A stretch of 64,000 bases of DNA from Myxococcota bacterium (GTDB lineage Bacteria > Myxococcota > XYA12-FULL-58-9 > JABJBS01), in the NCBI GenBank assembly GCA_036339465.1, contig JAYZAY010000021.1, positions 1 to 64,000 of the forward strand, read 5' to 3'. Of the stretch, positions 40,254 to 51,086 are shown one piece after another. Position 1 is the first letter of the stretch, and each line of letters opens with the position of its first letter. A program made the position numbers and the translations under genes. A model generated the notes under the pieces. The model was not told the origin of the DNA. It made no database searches and saw only the letters and a list, made by a program, of their open reading frames with translations.

Positions 40254-43200
40254 ATGTCTAATACCCGCCTCAACCCAACTGGTGACTTTGACGCAAAGCT
40301 TCTTCAAAAACTTGATGCACGAGATTCCAATACCGATGGCGTCATAAAAGACCTAAACTCTTCTGAAGTGAAAGAAACCCTCGCGAAAGCGGGAATTACG
40401 GATACGGCATCACTCGACAAGTGGGATGGGAAGTTTGATGGCCAAATTGACCTCACAAAAATACGAAATCCAGAGGGCGCCAAAGATTGGTTTAGTTCGA
40501 GCAATACACATTTCCAAAATAGGACAAACAAAACCTCTCGAAATCGTGTTTATCAAACGATTGTCGGCGCTCGTGACATGGGTATGGATCGAAGAGGGAG
40601 CGAATTGTCTTCCGAAATCAGTGATTGGAGCAATCTTAGCCGAATCAACTACAATAAATTTTTTAAGAAAGGTCTTGGCTACAATCAAGCCTCCAATCCT
40701 CTCACCAAAAAAGTGGCAGAAATAGACACCGCTCTGCTTGAGATGAAAGACCCTGCGATAAGCGAAGTTCTTAAGAAACAATCGACATTCTTCAAACACA
40801 TCAATAACTCAATTACCAACCGAGCATCGGGACGCACCGACGAAACCGCCAAAGCCATTGAACTTCTTGCTGAAATGAAAACATCAGTATCTAAGCTAGG
40901 ACCAGAACATGCAGCACTGAAGCAGCAACTCACCAAGGACATGGCTGACTTCGAGAATCTACTTCTTAACTTTGCCAATGTTGCCCATTTAGCAGAATCA
41001 AGAATGGGCCAAACCGTCAACAGCGCCGATAATCAACTCGCCCCCTATTTCGTGAAAACCCTTTATCGGTATTCCGCTGATATCCGCCGTTCACGACCGC
41101 ACTTCGGTGCAACAGTGCAAGGCGCCATCGATTCCTACCAAAAAGACATCAAGCTTCATCTTCATTGGATGAAGTCCGTCAATGAAATTCGCGCCAATCG
41201 AGGCGCCTTTTCTTCCCTCAAAGACTATCAGGAAGCTATAAGTGCCAAGCTAAAAGGGGGAGGTAAGGGCCTTGTGGAAGCAGCAGTGAAAATGGCCAAA
41301 GCTGACTGGCAAACAGCCAACGCGGGCATCCACCTCCAAGAAGCCGATAAGGCCATCAAACATGGTAGCGGACAAGTAACCCTCGCCAATGCTGAACTCG
41401 ACAAGACAAAATCCTCCTTGGTGGATGGAGAGACCAACATATGGAAAGCTGACCGCGCACTCAAATCAGGAAAAACAGGACCTGCTCAAGAGTTTATAAA
41501 CCAACTCGGAGTCCAGCTAAAAGACGTCGACAGACAACTTGCTACGGCCCAACAAAAACTCACCAATGCTAAGCAAAGCGCCGATGCTGCTGATGCACAT
41601 CTCAAAGACGCAAGTACTGAGCTAAAGCAAGCTTCAGACATCACCCTATCCGTTAGAAACGGTACGTATGGCAGAAGGCTGAACACCCAACTTTCAAGCA
41701 TCGAATCCGAAATCAAGAGCCTGAGTTCCCTCAAAACCCACCTAACAAATCAACATAAGCGTTTAGTCGAGGATATCAGTGCCACCACAATCCGACATAA
41801 AGACCTAAACCACGGAGTCGCTGCCGCTCGAAGCGAAGGTCAGACAATCTTCACCGCCGCCCAAAAAATAGAAATCGACAAAGCAGAACAAGCTTACCTG
41901 GGTGCACTCGACCGAATGATGGATGGTGATACCCTCAAGTTATCCGAAAAGGGTTTGGCCGCACTTATCAATTCTGCAGCGGATGAAAACGGTGAATACA
42001 GCCGGGTGGACTTTCGGATCGGCGGCGGCGTTGCTGCACGTGGAAATATAGGAATTGTGGGAGGACGTGCTTGGGTACAAGGCATGTTAAGCACTGGTGT
42101 CTCTGTCAAAAGAGGTGACTCCGATGACGTAGAAGTCGCCATCGATTTCGCGGCCCTCATTAATGCTGGTGTGGAAGTTGAAGCACTCTTCGGACTCATC
42201 GGTGCCGGTGTAGAAAGCACTGTGGATTATGAAAAACGAGTTGCATTCCGTTTTGCGAACTCAGAAGATGCGGCTCGATTCTTAATGCAAAAAGTATACG
42301 CGCCAATCCTCCGTCAAGCACGTAACAAAGTTCCCACGAAGGCAAAAGGAAAATTCGACCAAATGGTACAAACTGGCCCCTATTCACTGGAGCCACCTAA
42401 GAACCCCATCTTGCGCGTTAGTAGCCATAAACTCGGTAGCGCTGTGTCGGGTCGGATACGAGGCGGAATCCCGGGAGTGGCATCCGCACGGGCCAAAGGT
42501 GGTGTCAGTGCTTCAAAAACATGGGTCGAACTCACAGACGCTAAAACTGGTCGTAAGGTAAACACTCAGGAAGTCACGAATAAAGCCCTTTTCTTCGAAT
42601 TCGGTGCCGGCAGAGCAAATGCAGGAAGCTTTAACGTCAAAGGCGAAATCGCGTGGCAAGATACCGCAAATCACCCTGACCCAAGCTCTGATGGCCGACA
42701 CCGTGATTGGAACTTAACCGTAACTCTCGGTGGCACCACAGCAACGACCATCGCAAAAGGCGGCAAAGCTGCAATAGCCGACTTCGCCGGTGAGATACTG
42801 GGTGTCCAACCTCCATTTTCGCCAGAGAAGCTCAAAGCCGCTGGTGTGACCAGTCAGGTATTTGAAGGTGTTCAGGGTGCAGTTGCAAGCCAACTCGCTC
42901 GTATTAAAGGTGTGGACTCTGACATCGCTCTAACCATCAATATCCACGAACAGGACGTTGGCGGAAAGAGAAGCGGTGAACCAAAATATCAAGTTCAGTT
43001 TACACGTGCTTCCATCAAATACAGCTCCTTCGCAGGTGTCGGTAGTGGCTCATTGAAAGATGCGGGCGGGAAGCTAGCCCCAGGACCAGGCGCAGTTGGA
43101 ACCCATTTCACAGCTGGATTCGGTTATGAACGAGAAGAGGTCATCGCTGAAATTATCAATGGCGGAAATCAGGCGGCAGAAAATTACATTCTTCAAAATG

Positions 43201-43481
43201 CCGCCAGTTACGAAGAACACGGGAGGTTTGCATCCTGGGCCGGCAGACACAGAACTGCCATCGCTACCACATTTAGAAGCAAAAACTATGATAACAATAT
43301 CCCTGCCAATGCATCCGTTACCATCAACGGTGTCAAATGGGATGCTAAAAAGATCAAGGAATTCCGCCAAGAGTTACCCAAACGGCCTGGCGTCTTAATG
43401 GGTGGCGATAAGTTCTTCACCATGACCAAGATCATGTATCAATTAGAGCACCACAAAGCAGCCCAGAGAAAAGCCAGTTAA
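40254..43481 (+). CDS. Large hypothetical protein (coiled-coil middle, Gly-rich beta C-terminal half)
   Basis: 1075-aa ORF, AGGTGA RBS, no Sec signal, DxxDG motifs at the N-terminus. Confidence 0.88.
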   Translation: MSNTRLNPTGDFDAKLLQKLDARDSNTDGVIKDLNSSEVKETLAKAGITDTASLDKWDGKFDGQIDLTKIRNPEGAKDWFSSSNTHFQNRTNKTSRNRVYQTIVGARDMGMDRRGSELSSEISDWSNLSRINYNKFFKKGLGYNQASNPLTKKVAEIDTALLEMKDPAISEVLKKQSTFFKHINNSITNRASGRTDETAKAIELLAEMKTSVSKLGPEHAALKQQLTKDMADFENLLLNFANVAHLAESRMGQTVNSADNQLAPYFVKTLYRYSADIRRSRPHFGATVQGAIDSYQKDIKLHLHWMKSVNEIRANRGAFSSLKDYQEAISAKLKGGGKGLVEAAVKMAKADWQTANAGIHLQEADKAIKHGSGQVTLANAELDKTKSSLVDGETNIWKADRALKSGKTGPAQEFINQLGVQLKDVDRQLATAQQKLTNAKQSADAADAHLKDASTELKQASDITLSVRNGTYGRRLNTQLSSIESEIKSLSSLKTHLTNQHKRLVEDISATTIRHKDLNHGVAAARSEGQTIFTAAQKIEIDKAEQAYLGALDRMMDGDTLKLSEKGLAALINSAADENGEYSRVDFRIGGGVAARGNIGIVGGRAWVQGMLSTGVSVKRGDSDDVEVAIDFAALINAGVEVEALFGLIGAGVESTVDYEKRVAFRFANSEDAARFLMQKVYAPILRQARNKVPTKAKGKFDQMVQTGPYSLEPPKNPILRVSSHKLGSAVSGRIRGGIPGVASARAKGGVSASKTWVELTDAKTGRKVNTQEVTNKALFFEFGAGRANAGSFNVKGEIAWQDTANHPDPSSDGRHRDWNLTVTLGGTTATTIAKGGKAAIADFAGEILGVQPPFSPEKLKAAGVTSQVFEGVQGAVASQLARIKGVDSDIALTINIHEQDVGGKRSGEPKYQVQFTRASIKYSSFAGVGSGSLKDAGGKLAPGPGAVGTHFTAGFGYEREEVIAEIINGGNQAAENYILQNAASYEEHGRFASWAGRHRTAIATTFRSKNYDNNIPANASVTINGVKWDAKKIKEFRQELPKRPGVLMGGDKFFTMTKIMYQLEHHKAAQRKAS

Positions 43482-43856
43482 TGGAGAGAGATTGTCCGTT
43501 CTGCCTACAAGCTTCCCTGAGACCCGACATTGCGATAACAGGGTTTTAGGTGACGCAACCACCGAATACTACCTCTCAACCCAATACGTCACATCAAAGG
43601 AGCGGGGTCACTCCAAAACAACAACCGGCTACCGGAGGTAATGGGCCGATTCGGAAGGGGATACCCATTTATCTAAGTTGTCCGTTGATTTCGGCACCAT
43701 TGGATTGGCCCGGTGAGGAGGGGCACGCCAAATTGCATTCAATTATAAAAATGGTCTAAAATTCCAAGTATCCGAAGCTAAGAACAGCCGAAGACGTAGA
43801 CTCGAAATCGTGGTCTAGCCCCCACGCTTCCTCAACGGTTACCAAGCGGGGAAACC

Positions 43857-45026
43857 ATGTCGTTTGAAATTAAAAATCCAATCACCACCGTAGACGGGCT
43901 AAAACAAGTATTTGACCAATGCGATTCTGCCGATGAAGCAATCGAGGCCATCGAGCAAGCAACCGCTGAATCAAAAATGGAATTCAACCTAGAAATGGCT
44001 GAATTCATGCAAGCGACCATCGCTAAAAGTAGAACATCAGTGGATCATGGCACCATTGATGCGGTGATCTTATCCCTTGAACCTCAAGCCCCAAAACACC
44101 ATGCACCGCATCCCGTGCAACTTCCCACAGAAGCATCCATTGGCACGATGCGAGACGTCGCCCTGCTACGCCGACCAGCTCCGCGCCCCCCTGAGGTGTC
44201 GACGGTCATCGCTGAAGCCATGGAAATTCGGGCCACCGACAGAAGCACCGGAACCTTTGGCAAAAGGATTGCGGAACTCGAACTTCTTTTCACCCATCCG
44301 GAAAACTTTATTTTCGGCCTGGCCATCAACCACGGGCATGAACAATGCGATAAAGTCTATCAAACCATGATGGCTTCCGGTACCCACACCCCCTCATGCG
44401 GCGACGTCTCAAGCTTTTTATTTAGAACCCTAGCTGATGCCGATTCCGCAACACTTACCAAATACACGAGTGAAGACGACACCAATGGTGGTTCCATTAA
44501 GATTATCAAAGACGAACTGAGCAAAGACGGCGACCAGATCCTGAGGGTAACACTGGGCAGCCACAGCTTTCTGATTGAAAAGCGCGGTAGCTTCGATGAA
44601 GGGACTTGCCGCGTCTTTCAATCCAGCGACAGTGGAGGCGGGCCTGGTGGCTACTCATTTGCGACCGCGTTTCGGCGGGACGGTCCCATGGACACCCCCA
44701 ATTTCCTGCAATATCTGGAAGCGATCCTGCATTCTCCTTATCCAAACGGTGACGCACGCTGGGCAGAGTTTCATGATGGGGCCGAAGCTATTTTTCGCGG
44801 CACTGTGGATCCACTACGACTGCCCTCCAACACATATGGACTCTCAAAATGTATCGAGGTGGAGGTTCCACCAAGGCTCAATAGCCTTGATGAATCTTTG
44901 GCCGCTTTCACTGACCTAGCCCAAGAGCGCGCCAAGGAGTTTCACCAATTTCGTACCAACGACTTGGGTCTCGATGTTCGGACGTATCATCAATCAAAAT
45001 GGCCAAAAAGCTGGGGTGGACACTAG
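43857..45026 (+). CDS. Putative papain-fold Cys-His-Gln enzyme (Cif-like deamidase candidate)
   Basis: SCG (C181), LGSHSFLI (H236), RVFQS (Q255). Confidence 0.55.
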   Translation: MSFEIKNPITTVDGLKQVFDQCDSADEAIEAIEQATAESKMEFNLEMAEFMQATIAKSRTSVDHGTIDAVILSLEPQAPKHHAPHPVQLPTEASIGTMRDVALLRRPAPRPPEVSTVIAEAMEIRATDRSTGTFGKRIAELELLFTHPENFIFGLAINHGHEQCDKVYQTMMASGTHTPSCGDVSSFLFRTLADADSATLTKYTSEDDTNGGSIKIIKDELSKDGDQILRVTLGSHSFLIEKRGSFDEGTCRVFQSSDSGGGPGGYSFATAFRRDGPMDTPNFLQYLEAILHSPYPNGDARWAEFHDGAEAIFRGTVDPLRLPSNTYGLSKCIEVEVPPRLNSLDESLAAFTDLAQERAKEFHQFRTNDLGLDVRTYHQSKWPKSWGGH

Positions 45027-45283
45027 AAGCGTGGATGTCCCTAAATAGGGGTCAAGCAAACGCCCTTCGGCCCCAATGCATCGCGGGGTGGGTATAGTGC
45101 CCAAAGCATAGCCGGAAAATAGCCAGAAAGCACCATTCAGAGATGTGTAACTCACTTCAAAATCTTCAAAATTATGGTCACTTAAAAAAATTTCTGAAAA
45201 ATCCATTGAATTAAACAATTTTCTCTCCACAAAGAGCACCATCGCCGCCCCTACGCCGATATTCCAAGTAGGAGAATTATGCG

Positions 45284-48200
45284 ATGCCAACAACACCTAC
45301 ATTCCTCGCCCCATCCGAACCGCGTGGCCACGCCCCATTAATCGACAACACAATATCACCTACATCCGTAAGCTATGAGAACGGAAAACTCCTTTTTGGA
45401 AAAATTGAAGTTAGCGGTCTAGAGCTTGATAAACTGGCGTCAGCAACGCTCTCGATGACCATTCCGTTGAACGCTGGAAATTATAGCCTACCTGGCGATT
45501 ATGATATCGCACGGCTCAAGGTAGAAAAAGACACCACCGTCAAGATAGATTTCTCCATTGAACAAAATGCGACAACTCAGCCCACCATTCAGATAGCACA
45601 AGTCTCTTTTTCGAAACCATTTATAATTAAGAATCCATCGGCGTCCATGAAACCCACCGCGACCAAATACGCCTGGCTGAATTGGATTCTAGATGTTCTC
45701 AAAGACTTCCTGGCCAACTTTCACATGAACAATATCCGGCTAGAAAAAGATGGGCTTCTTCAGGTTCACGGATATGCAAAAGCGGCGCACATCCTCAAAA
45801 TGGATAAGTCAGAGACGATCACGAAAATCAATCGAACCCTCGCCCTACCCATCAATCCCTCAGAGCGCGTAAATCCATCGAATTCGCCAGAAACACCGCC
45901 CGAGTCCAGCATCCCTGAAACTTCAGCGTCCGCAATTCGGATCTCAGAGATCAATCCATCCACCCCAAAAGCCAATCCTTCACGCAGTAAATCTCATCTC
46001 AAACCCAAACTCCCTGCGCCCACTATGAACGATGTACCGGATCTACTCAGAGAAATTGGTGCGATGACAGGACGCGCAAAATTTCGATTGGAAGGCTGCG
46101 CGAAACCCATGGCATTGAGCTTAAAAGGACAGGGGCTGGAAGTCCAAGGAGATGAAGGACCTATCCAGGTGACACTGAATGGGGATCTCGAGGTCAAAGC
46201 CGATGGTAAAATCAACGTCGCCATAATTCCTGCCTCCGTGCCCCTCATAACCACATCCTTTATCACTGCGGACGGTCTCGGTCACATGGATTTGGAATTC
46301 GATAAGGAGCACGTCCTTAAGGGTTCTGGCGAACTCGCATTCAAAACCAGACTCGAAAATATAACAGGTCGATTTCATCCCCAAAACGCCCTCGAAATCC
46401 CCCTGGACCTCAGTGGAGAAGACACCCTTAGGGGACAAGGCCGAACCGGCATTCGCCTAAGGGAAGGCGACATTAAGCTCAACCATGGTAACTTTAGGAT
46501 TTCCCTTGATAACCGAGTGGCCGAAGACCTCAGGATTAGGGCAGGTAAAACCCATTACGATATTGACACAGGAAGAATCCTCATAACAGCCCATGGCGAC
46601 TTCGATGCCTGCGCTGAAGGTGCCTCGATTTGGAATACAACATTTAAAATGACCATCGACGGTGAAGACGGCCTCATTAGTTACCAAGATTATCGAGCCC
46701 AAATTGATGGTATTTTGAAGACCCAGCTCCGTGCCCACAACATTAGCGCCAGCACGCGCACCGGTGAGGCATCCCTAGGAACTGGAAAGTTGACATACCT
46801 CGTCGATCCACGAGATGAAGACCATAGGGACAAGCTTCCCTTCGCAACCTTTAACGGGGATCTCGAATTTAAGATCAAGCCCGATGGTAAGTTGACCATC
46901 AAACCAGGGAAAAATGCGGTCGCTGATCTCCTAGCACCCATCATCCATCTCAACGGAAGACAAGAGAATATTGTGGACCCAAAAAGCCCTGCGGTGGGCT
47001 CGGTTGGAAGCCCGGAGATGATGCGTCATATCGAGAAAATAACCGGTGCAAAAATCCACTCAAACAATCGAACCGAACTGCTGGTTGATGGGATTCAATC
47101 CTTTCCCAAGCGACTCGAATTATTAAAAAGAGCAAAAGAATCCATTTGCCTCCAGACATTCATCTTCAAAGATGATGAAACGGGAGGACAAATCGCCCGC
47201 CAACTTATAGCAGCCGCAGAGCGGGGCGTTGAGGTACGCGTCATCGTGGACACCTTAGGAAATGTTCAGAGTATTAATGATTTCTTCGAAGAGAAGCCCC
47301 TTTACCTCACCCTGAAAGAAAATGGTGTTAAAGTCGCTCTCTATAATGACCCCCGAAAATCCGGATTGTCCGATCTCATTGATGCGATGAAAGAAATACC
47401 CGCACTGCAGAAAGTGGACGGCCCCCAAGCATTAAAAAAGCCCAAGATGACACTGCAAATCCTTAATCAGATTCTTAGAGTTTCAACCGGTGTCGAAGAT
47501 GTTCCCAGACACGTCCGCGAAAGGGTAACCAAGGCACTCACGAATTTCGGTCTATCTTCGAAAATCCTTTCGGCTACAGAGATACGAGAGATTTCCACAG
47601 GTGCCCTTCTGAATAAGACACATACTGCCATTCTAATGAAACTCGTAGCCGAAATGAATCACCGATGGCATGAGAAATCCATGATCATCGATGGGCACGA
47701 AGCGATCCTAGGGGGCTTAAATCTCTGTGATGAATACATGTTTGGAGGCACCGGACGAACCATTCGCAGTCTAGGAGAGGAGCGTGAAGCTTGGCGAGAC
47801 ACCGACATCTATGTGGCTGGCCCCGCTGTGCAAGAGGCCCATGGCTATTTCGCCCAAAACTGGGAATACCTCACCAGCGAGAGCATAGCCAAACCCAGTA
47901 CCCAGCCCACAGAGATCACCGAAAATCAATCCAAGGTCCAAATCGTCTCCCATCACCCCAGACTTGAAGGCGACCACAACATCACCAATGTGATGATTGA
48001 AAACCTTAAGGCACTCAAATCTGGAGAAATCGCCTATATCGAAAATGCCTATTTCCTCCCAACGGGAGCTCTTCAGGCCTATAAAGAAGCAATTATCGAC
48101 GCCGCCAAACGCGGTGTGGATGTTCGTATCCTCACGAATTCATCCACCACCACCGATTTAGATGAAATCAACGCAGCTGCAGTATTCCCATATAGGGAGA

Positions 48201-48508
48201 TACTAAAATCTGGGGCACGAATCTTTGAACGCACCGGTGAAAGAACCCTTCACAGTAAAATGTGTGTCTTCGGAGACAATACCACAGTGATTGGCTCCTG
48301 GAACGCTGATAACCGCTCCGCGAGTCTCAATTCAGAAATCGTTGCCATTACCTACGGCCAAGATCTGGCAGCACAGCTAAGGGCCGTCATCGAGAAAGAC
48401 ATGGAAAGCAATGTGGCAGTGGAAATCAAGCTCGATAAATTAGAGGCGCTCCCATGGGAAACCGAAATCAGAAACGCCGCTATTTCGGCGCTCAGCTGCT
48501 TTATGTAG
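45284..48508 (+). CDS. Phospholipase D/cardiolipin synthase-like enzyme with ~570-aa N-terminal extension
   Basis: NRTELLVDG, AAERGVEVRVIVD, HEKSMIID...GGLN, WRDTD, HSKMCVFGD...GSWN; AGGAG RBS. Confidence 0.92.
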   Translation: MPTTPTFLAPSEPRGHAPLIDNTISPTSVSYENGKLLFGKIEVSGLELDKLASATLSMTIPLNAGNYSLPGDYDIARLKVEKDTTVKIDFSIEQNATTQPTIQIAQVSFSKPFIIKNPSASMKPTATKYAWLNWILDVLKDFLANFHMNNIRLEKDGLLQVHGYAKAAHILKMDKSETITKINRTLALPINPSERVNPSNSPETPPESSIPETSASAIRISEINPSTPKANPSRSKSHLKPKLPAPTMNDVPDLLREIGAMTGRAKFRLEGCAKPMALSLKGQGLEVQGDEGPIQVTLNGDLEVKADGKINVAIIPASVPLITTSFITADGLGHMDLEFDKEHVLKGSGELAFKTRLENITGRFHPQNALEIPLDLSGEDTLRGQGRTGIRLREGDIKLNHGNFRISLDNRVAEDLRIRAGKTHYDIDTGRILITAHGDFDACAEGASIWNTTFKMTIDGEDGLISYQDYRAQIDGILKTQLRAHNISASTRTGEASLGTGKLTYLVDPRDEDHRDKLPFATFNGDLEFKIKPDGKLTIKPGKNAVADLLAPIIHLNGRQENIVDPKSPAVGSVGSPEMMRHIEKITGAKIHSNNRTELLVDGIQSFPKRLELLKRAKESICLQTFIFKDDETGGQIARQLIAAAERGVEVRVIVDTLGNVQSINDFFEEKPLYLTLKENGVKVALYNDPRKSGLSDLIDAMKEIPALQKVDGPQALKKPKMTLQILNQILRVSTGVEDVPRHVRERVTKALTNFGLSSKILSATEIREISTGALLNKTHTAILMKLVAEMNHRWHEKSMIIDGHEAILGGLNLCDEYMFGGTGRTIRSLGEEREAWRDTDIYVAGPAVQEAHGYFAQNWEYLTSESIAKPSTQPTEITENQSKVQIVSHHPRLEGDHNITNVMIENLKALKSGEIAYIENAYFLPTGALQAYKEAIIDAAKRGVDVRILTNSSTTTDLDEINAAAVFPYREILKSGARIFERTGERTLHSKMCVFGDNTTVIGSWNADNRSASLNSEIVAITYGQDLAAQLRAVIEKDMESNVAVEIKLDKLEALPWETEIRNAAISALSCFM

Positions 48509-49501
48509 AAGGGACTGTCATCAATGGCAACCTGATTTTTTGGATGGATGCCATAAAACACACGAGAAGCCATAGGCCCCAATCTTATGCGCCCTGCTCA
48601 GCGTCGGCGAGGGCGAGGAACCAATGGGAACCAGCTAAGTACCCAGAACGGAATTCAAGCTTCACCTTCCCAATCACAGCCCCCTACTTCCAAAACAGGT
48701 TGCTCAAGATTAGCGTATCTGCCGATATACCGTCGTGATTACTTCCATCGACCGTTACTCTATCGTCGGTCTCGGAGGTACCAGTCTCAAATTCAGTTCC
48801 TAGATGAACTTCATGGGATCAACTTCGTGGGTAGCATCCGAATCGGGGAGGGGAGTTCATAGGTATGAACGTCGGCACCAATTCCCGCATGGATGAACCT
48901 ATCCGTACAAGTACTCGTGTCGGTAAGCAGCCCTGCATCGACAGCAATTTGAATACTAGGGAAACAAGTCGTTGCGCAAATTGGGCCTACCCCTCAGAAT
49001 CAAGTTCTTCAATCTACTCTGCCCCCCTGGGCTTCAATAATAAACTATCCGAAGCGGCGTACTTCTCTCTACTCTTAAACGCCATGCGCAAGAAAATGGT
49101 CGAAAACCGTCTTAGACCCAAGTATCGGCTTTATAGAGAGGACCGCGGCTCCATCGCAACCGGGTAAAGTCTTGGATTCGTAGAATGCAATTCAATTCAA
49201 TTCAAGCATTGAAACTTCCCCCCGCCTGAAAATGCAGAAGGTCCATAAGCTTTCGGCGCTACTATCTTCCAACATCCCAAGTAGGGTGGTTTGTCCGGAA
49301 CCAAGCCTCTCCTCTAGGATGTCTCATGCCCCCACATAACCCTACCGTGCCCCGTGCCTCCCAACTTTCGGCGGTTTCGCGAATGGTTCCTTGATTGCAA
49401 TTGCTCTTGTTCGGCCTGGTATTCAAGTATTCCTTCGTTTAAACTAAATACGTTAAGGACCAACTTTTCAGGGTTATTTATAACCTCTTTAGGAGACAAA
49501 G

Positions 49502-50152
49502 TTGCCCAACACCCTGGACGAAGAAGATGTAGTGTTACACTTCAACCCCGGCGCCACAATTATCGCAGCAGGGGAACCCGGTGATAAAATGTATGTCATT
49601 CAGGAGGGAGAAGTTCGAATCAGTAAGATTGTCCTCGGAGAAATACATCAGCTCGCTGTTCTGTCCTCCGGAGAATTCTTTGGAGAGATGGGGCTCATCA
49701 ACAATAAACCCAGGACCGCGACCGCAACGGCCCTAACTTCCGTGCGCGTCCTCGTCGTCGATTGGAATACCTTCAAGTATCGAATCAACCAATATGGGGC
49801 CGTGGCTATCCATATGATCAAAACCCTGGCCCAACGACTCGACGAAAGTCTCGATGTAGTGAAAAGTCTTCAAAATCCGAGCACTCTTCCCTTCATCTAT
49901 GCCCTCGTTGATCAGATCGAAAGCTACGAAGGCTACGAAGACGAGTGTGACCTAGAACTAACTTTGCCTCGCAATCTGGATAGGATGAGACAAAAAACCG
50001 GCCAAAGCCACGATGCTCTGAAAGCAAACTTGATCAAGCTCAGGAATCTTGGCCTTCTGTCTGTTACCAATCATGACCATATCTACATTCCTTCCTCCGA
50101 CGCAATTTGGAAGTATATGCGAAACTTAGAACGCATCGAAGACGCGGAGTAG
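49502..50152 (+). CDS. Cyclic-nucleotide-binding (Crp/Fnr-like) protein
   Basis: GEPGDKMYVIQEGEV, GEFFGEMGL..PRTATA; AGGAG RBS before TTG. Confidence 0.9.
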   Translation: MPNTLDEEDVVLHFNPGATIIAAGEPGDKMYVIQEGEVRISKIVLGEIHQLAVLSSGEFFGEMGLINNKPRTATATALTSVRVLVVDWNTFKYRINQYGAVAIHMIKTLAQRLDESLDVVKSLQNPSTLPFIYALVDQIESYEGYEDECDLELTLPRNLDRMRQKTGQSHDALKANLIKLRNLGLLSVTNHDHIYIPSSDAIWKYMRNLERIEDAE

Positions 50153-51086
50153 ACGAACCGAACCCTATTGGGGCATTTCCGAAACCCCACTCTCCTTTGA
50201 TGGACGTCAGCAGCCTACACTCGCCCACCCACCAGATAAACGCACCGAGAACCCCACACCACATAAAAAATACCCTTGAGGATATCCTCAACCGTGGTCT
50301 ACTCCTTGGAGGTCACCACCCCAAAACACCCACCACGGGTCAATTTGTCGGGCGTTTTGGGGTAAAATTCACTTGTTGATAACACCCTTGGGACTATTCT
50401 TCCCACGAGCTTTGAGCCACCTGTCGGCAGCCAGCCATATCGAACCACCGCGCCCGAGAGAAACCGCTTTTATGGCAACGGTGGTTGGGCCTTCCACAGG
50501 ATTAAACAAAGCTGGTGCAACTTCAAAGGGATATTTTGGACAAATTATGTGGCACTATTCGTCAACCGAGCACAGGTGGTTGCTACGATTTACAGTCGCT
50601 ATTTCTATGGCGGATGGGTTGACCCATTTCGGGATTCTCGTTCCTTCATACCACCTGCCAACTTTATCCCCGTGGGGGCAGTGGTAGTTTACCTGGACCC
50701 TCAACCGTGGCTATCTTGTAGTTCCTGAACTTTCCCTTAGGGTGCCCCTAATAAATGACGCATGAACAATACCGTTACCTCAAAAGCCGATGTGGTAACC
50801 TTCCCTGAAGGAATTCCGATCGAGAATCGCGTAAAGACGTCCCAGGCTTCATTCTCCATCACTGGACCGCACTGAGACAAAGGTGGGGCCCCGGTAATCA
50901 ACCTAACGTGGAGTCATACCATCAATGTCACTAAGGATCGGCGAGTCACCAATCTTCTTCCTCCCTACACTACGCTCAATCAATCGAATCAGTAGCGTCT
51001 CCTAACAGCCTAGACCTTGGTTAAAAATTTACCAAAGAAAACCTGCTTTCAAAATCCCCAAAATACCGACCACTCAAGGGTATTCG

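Noticed and set aside
48560..51000. Short ORFs around the Crp-like gene
   Set aside because: Probably eroded remnants, but I could not assign a family.
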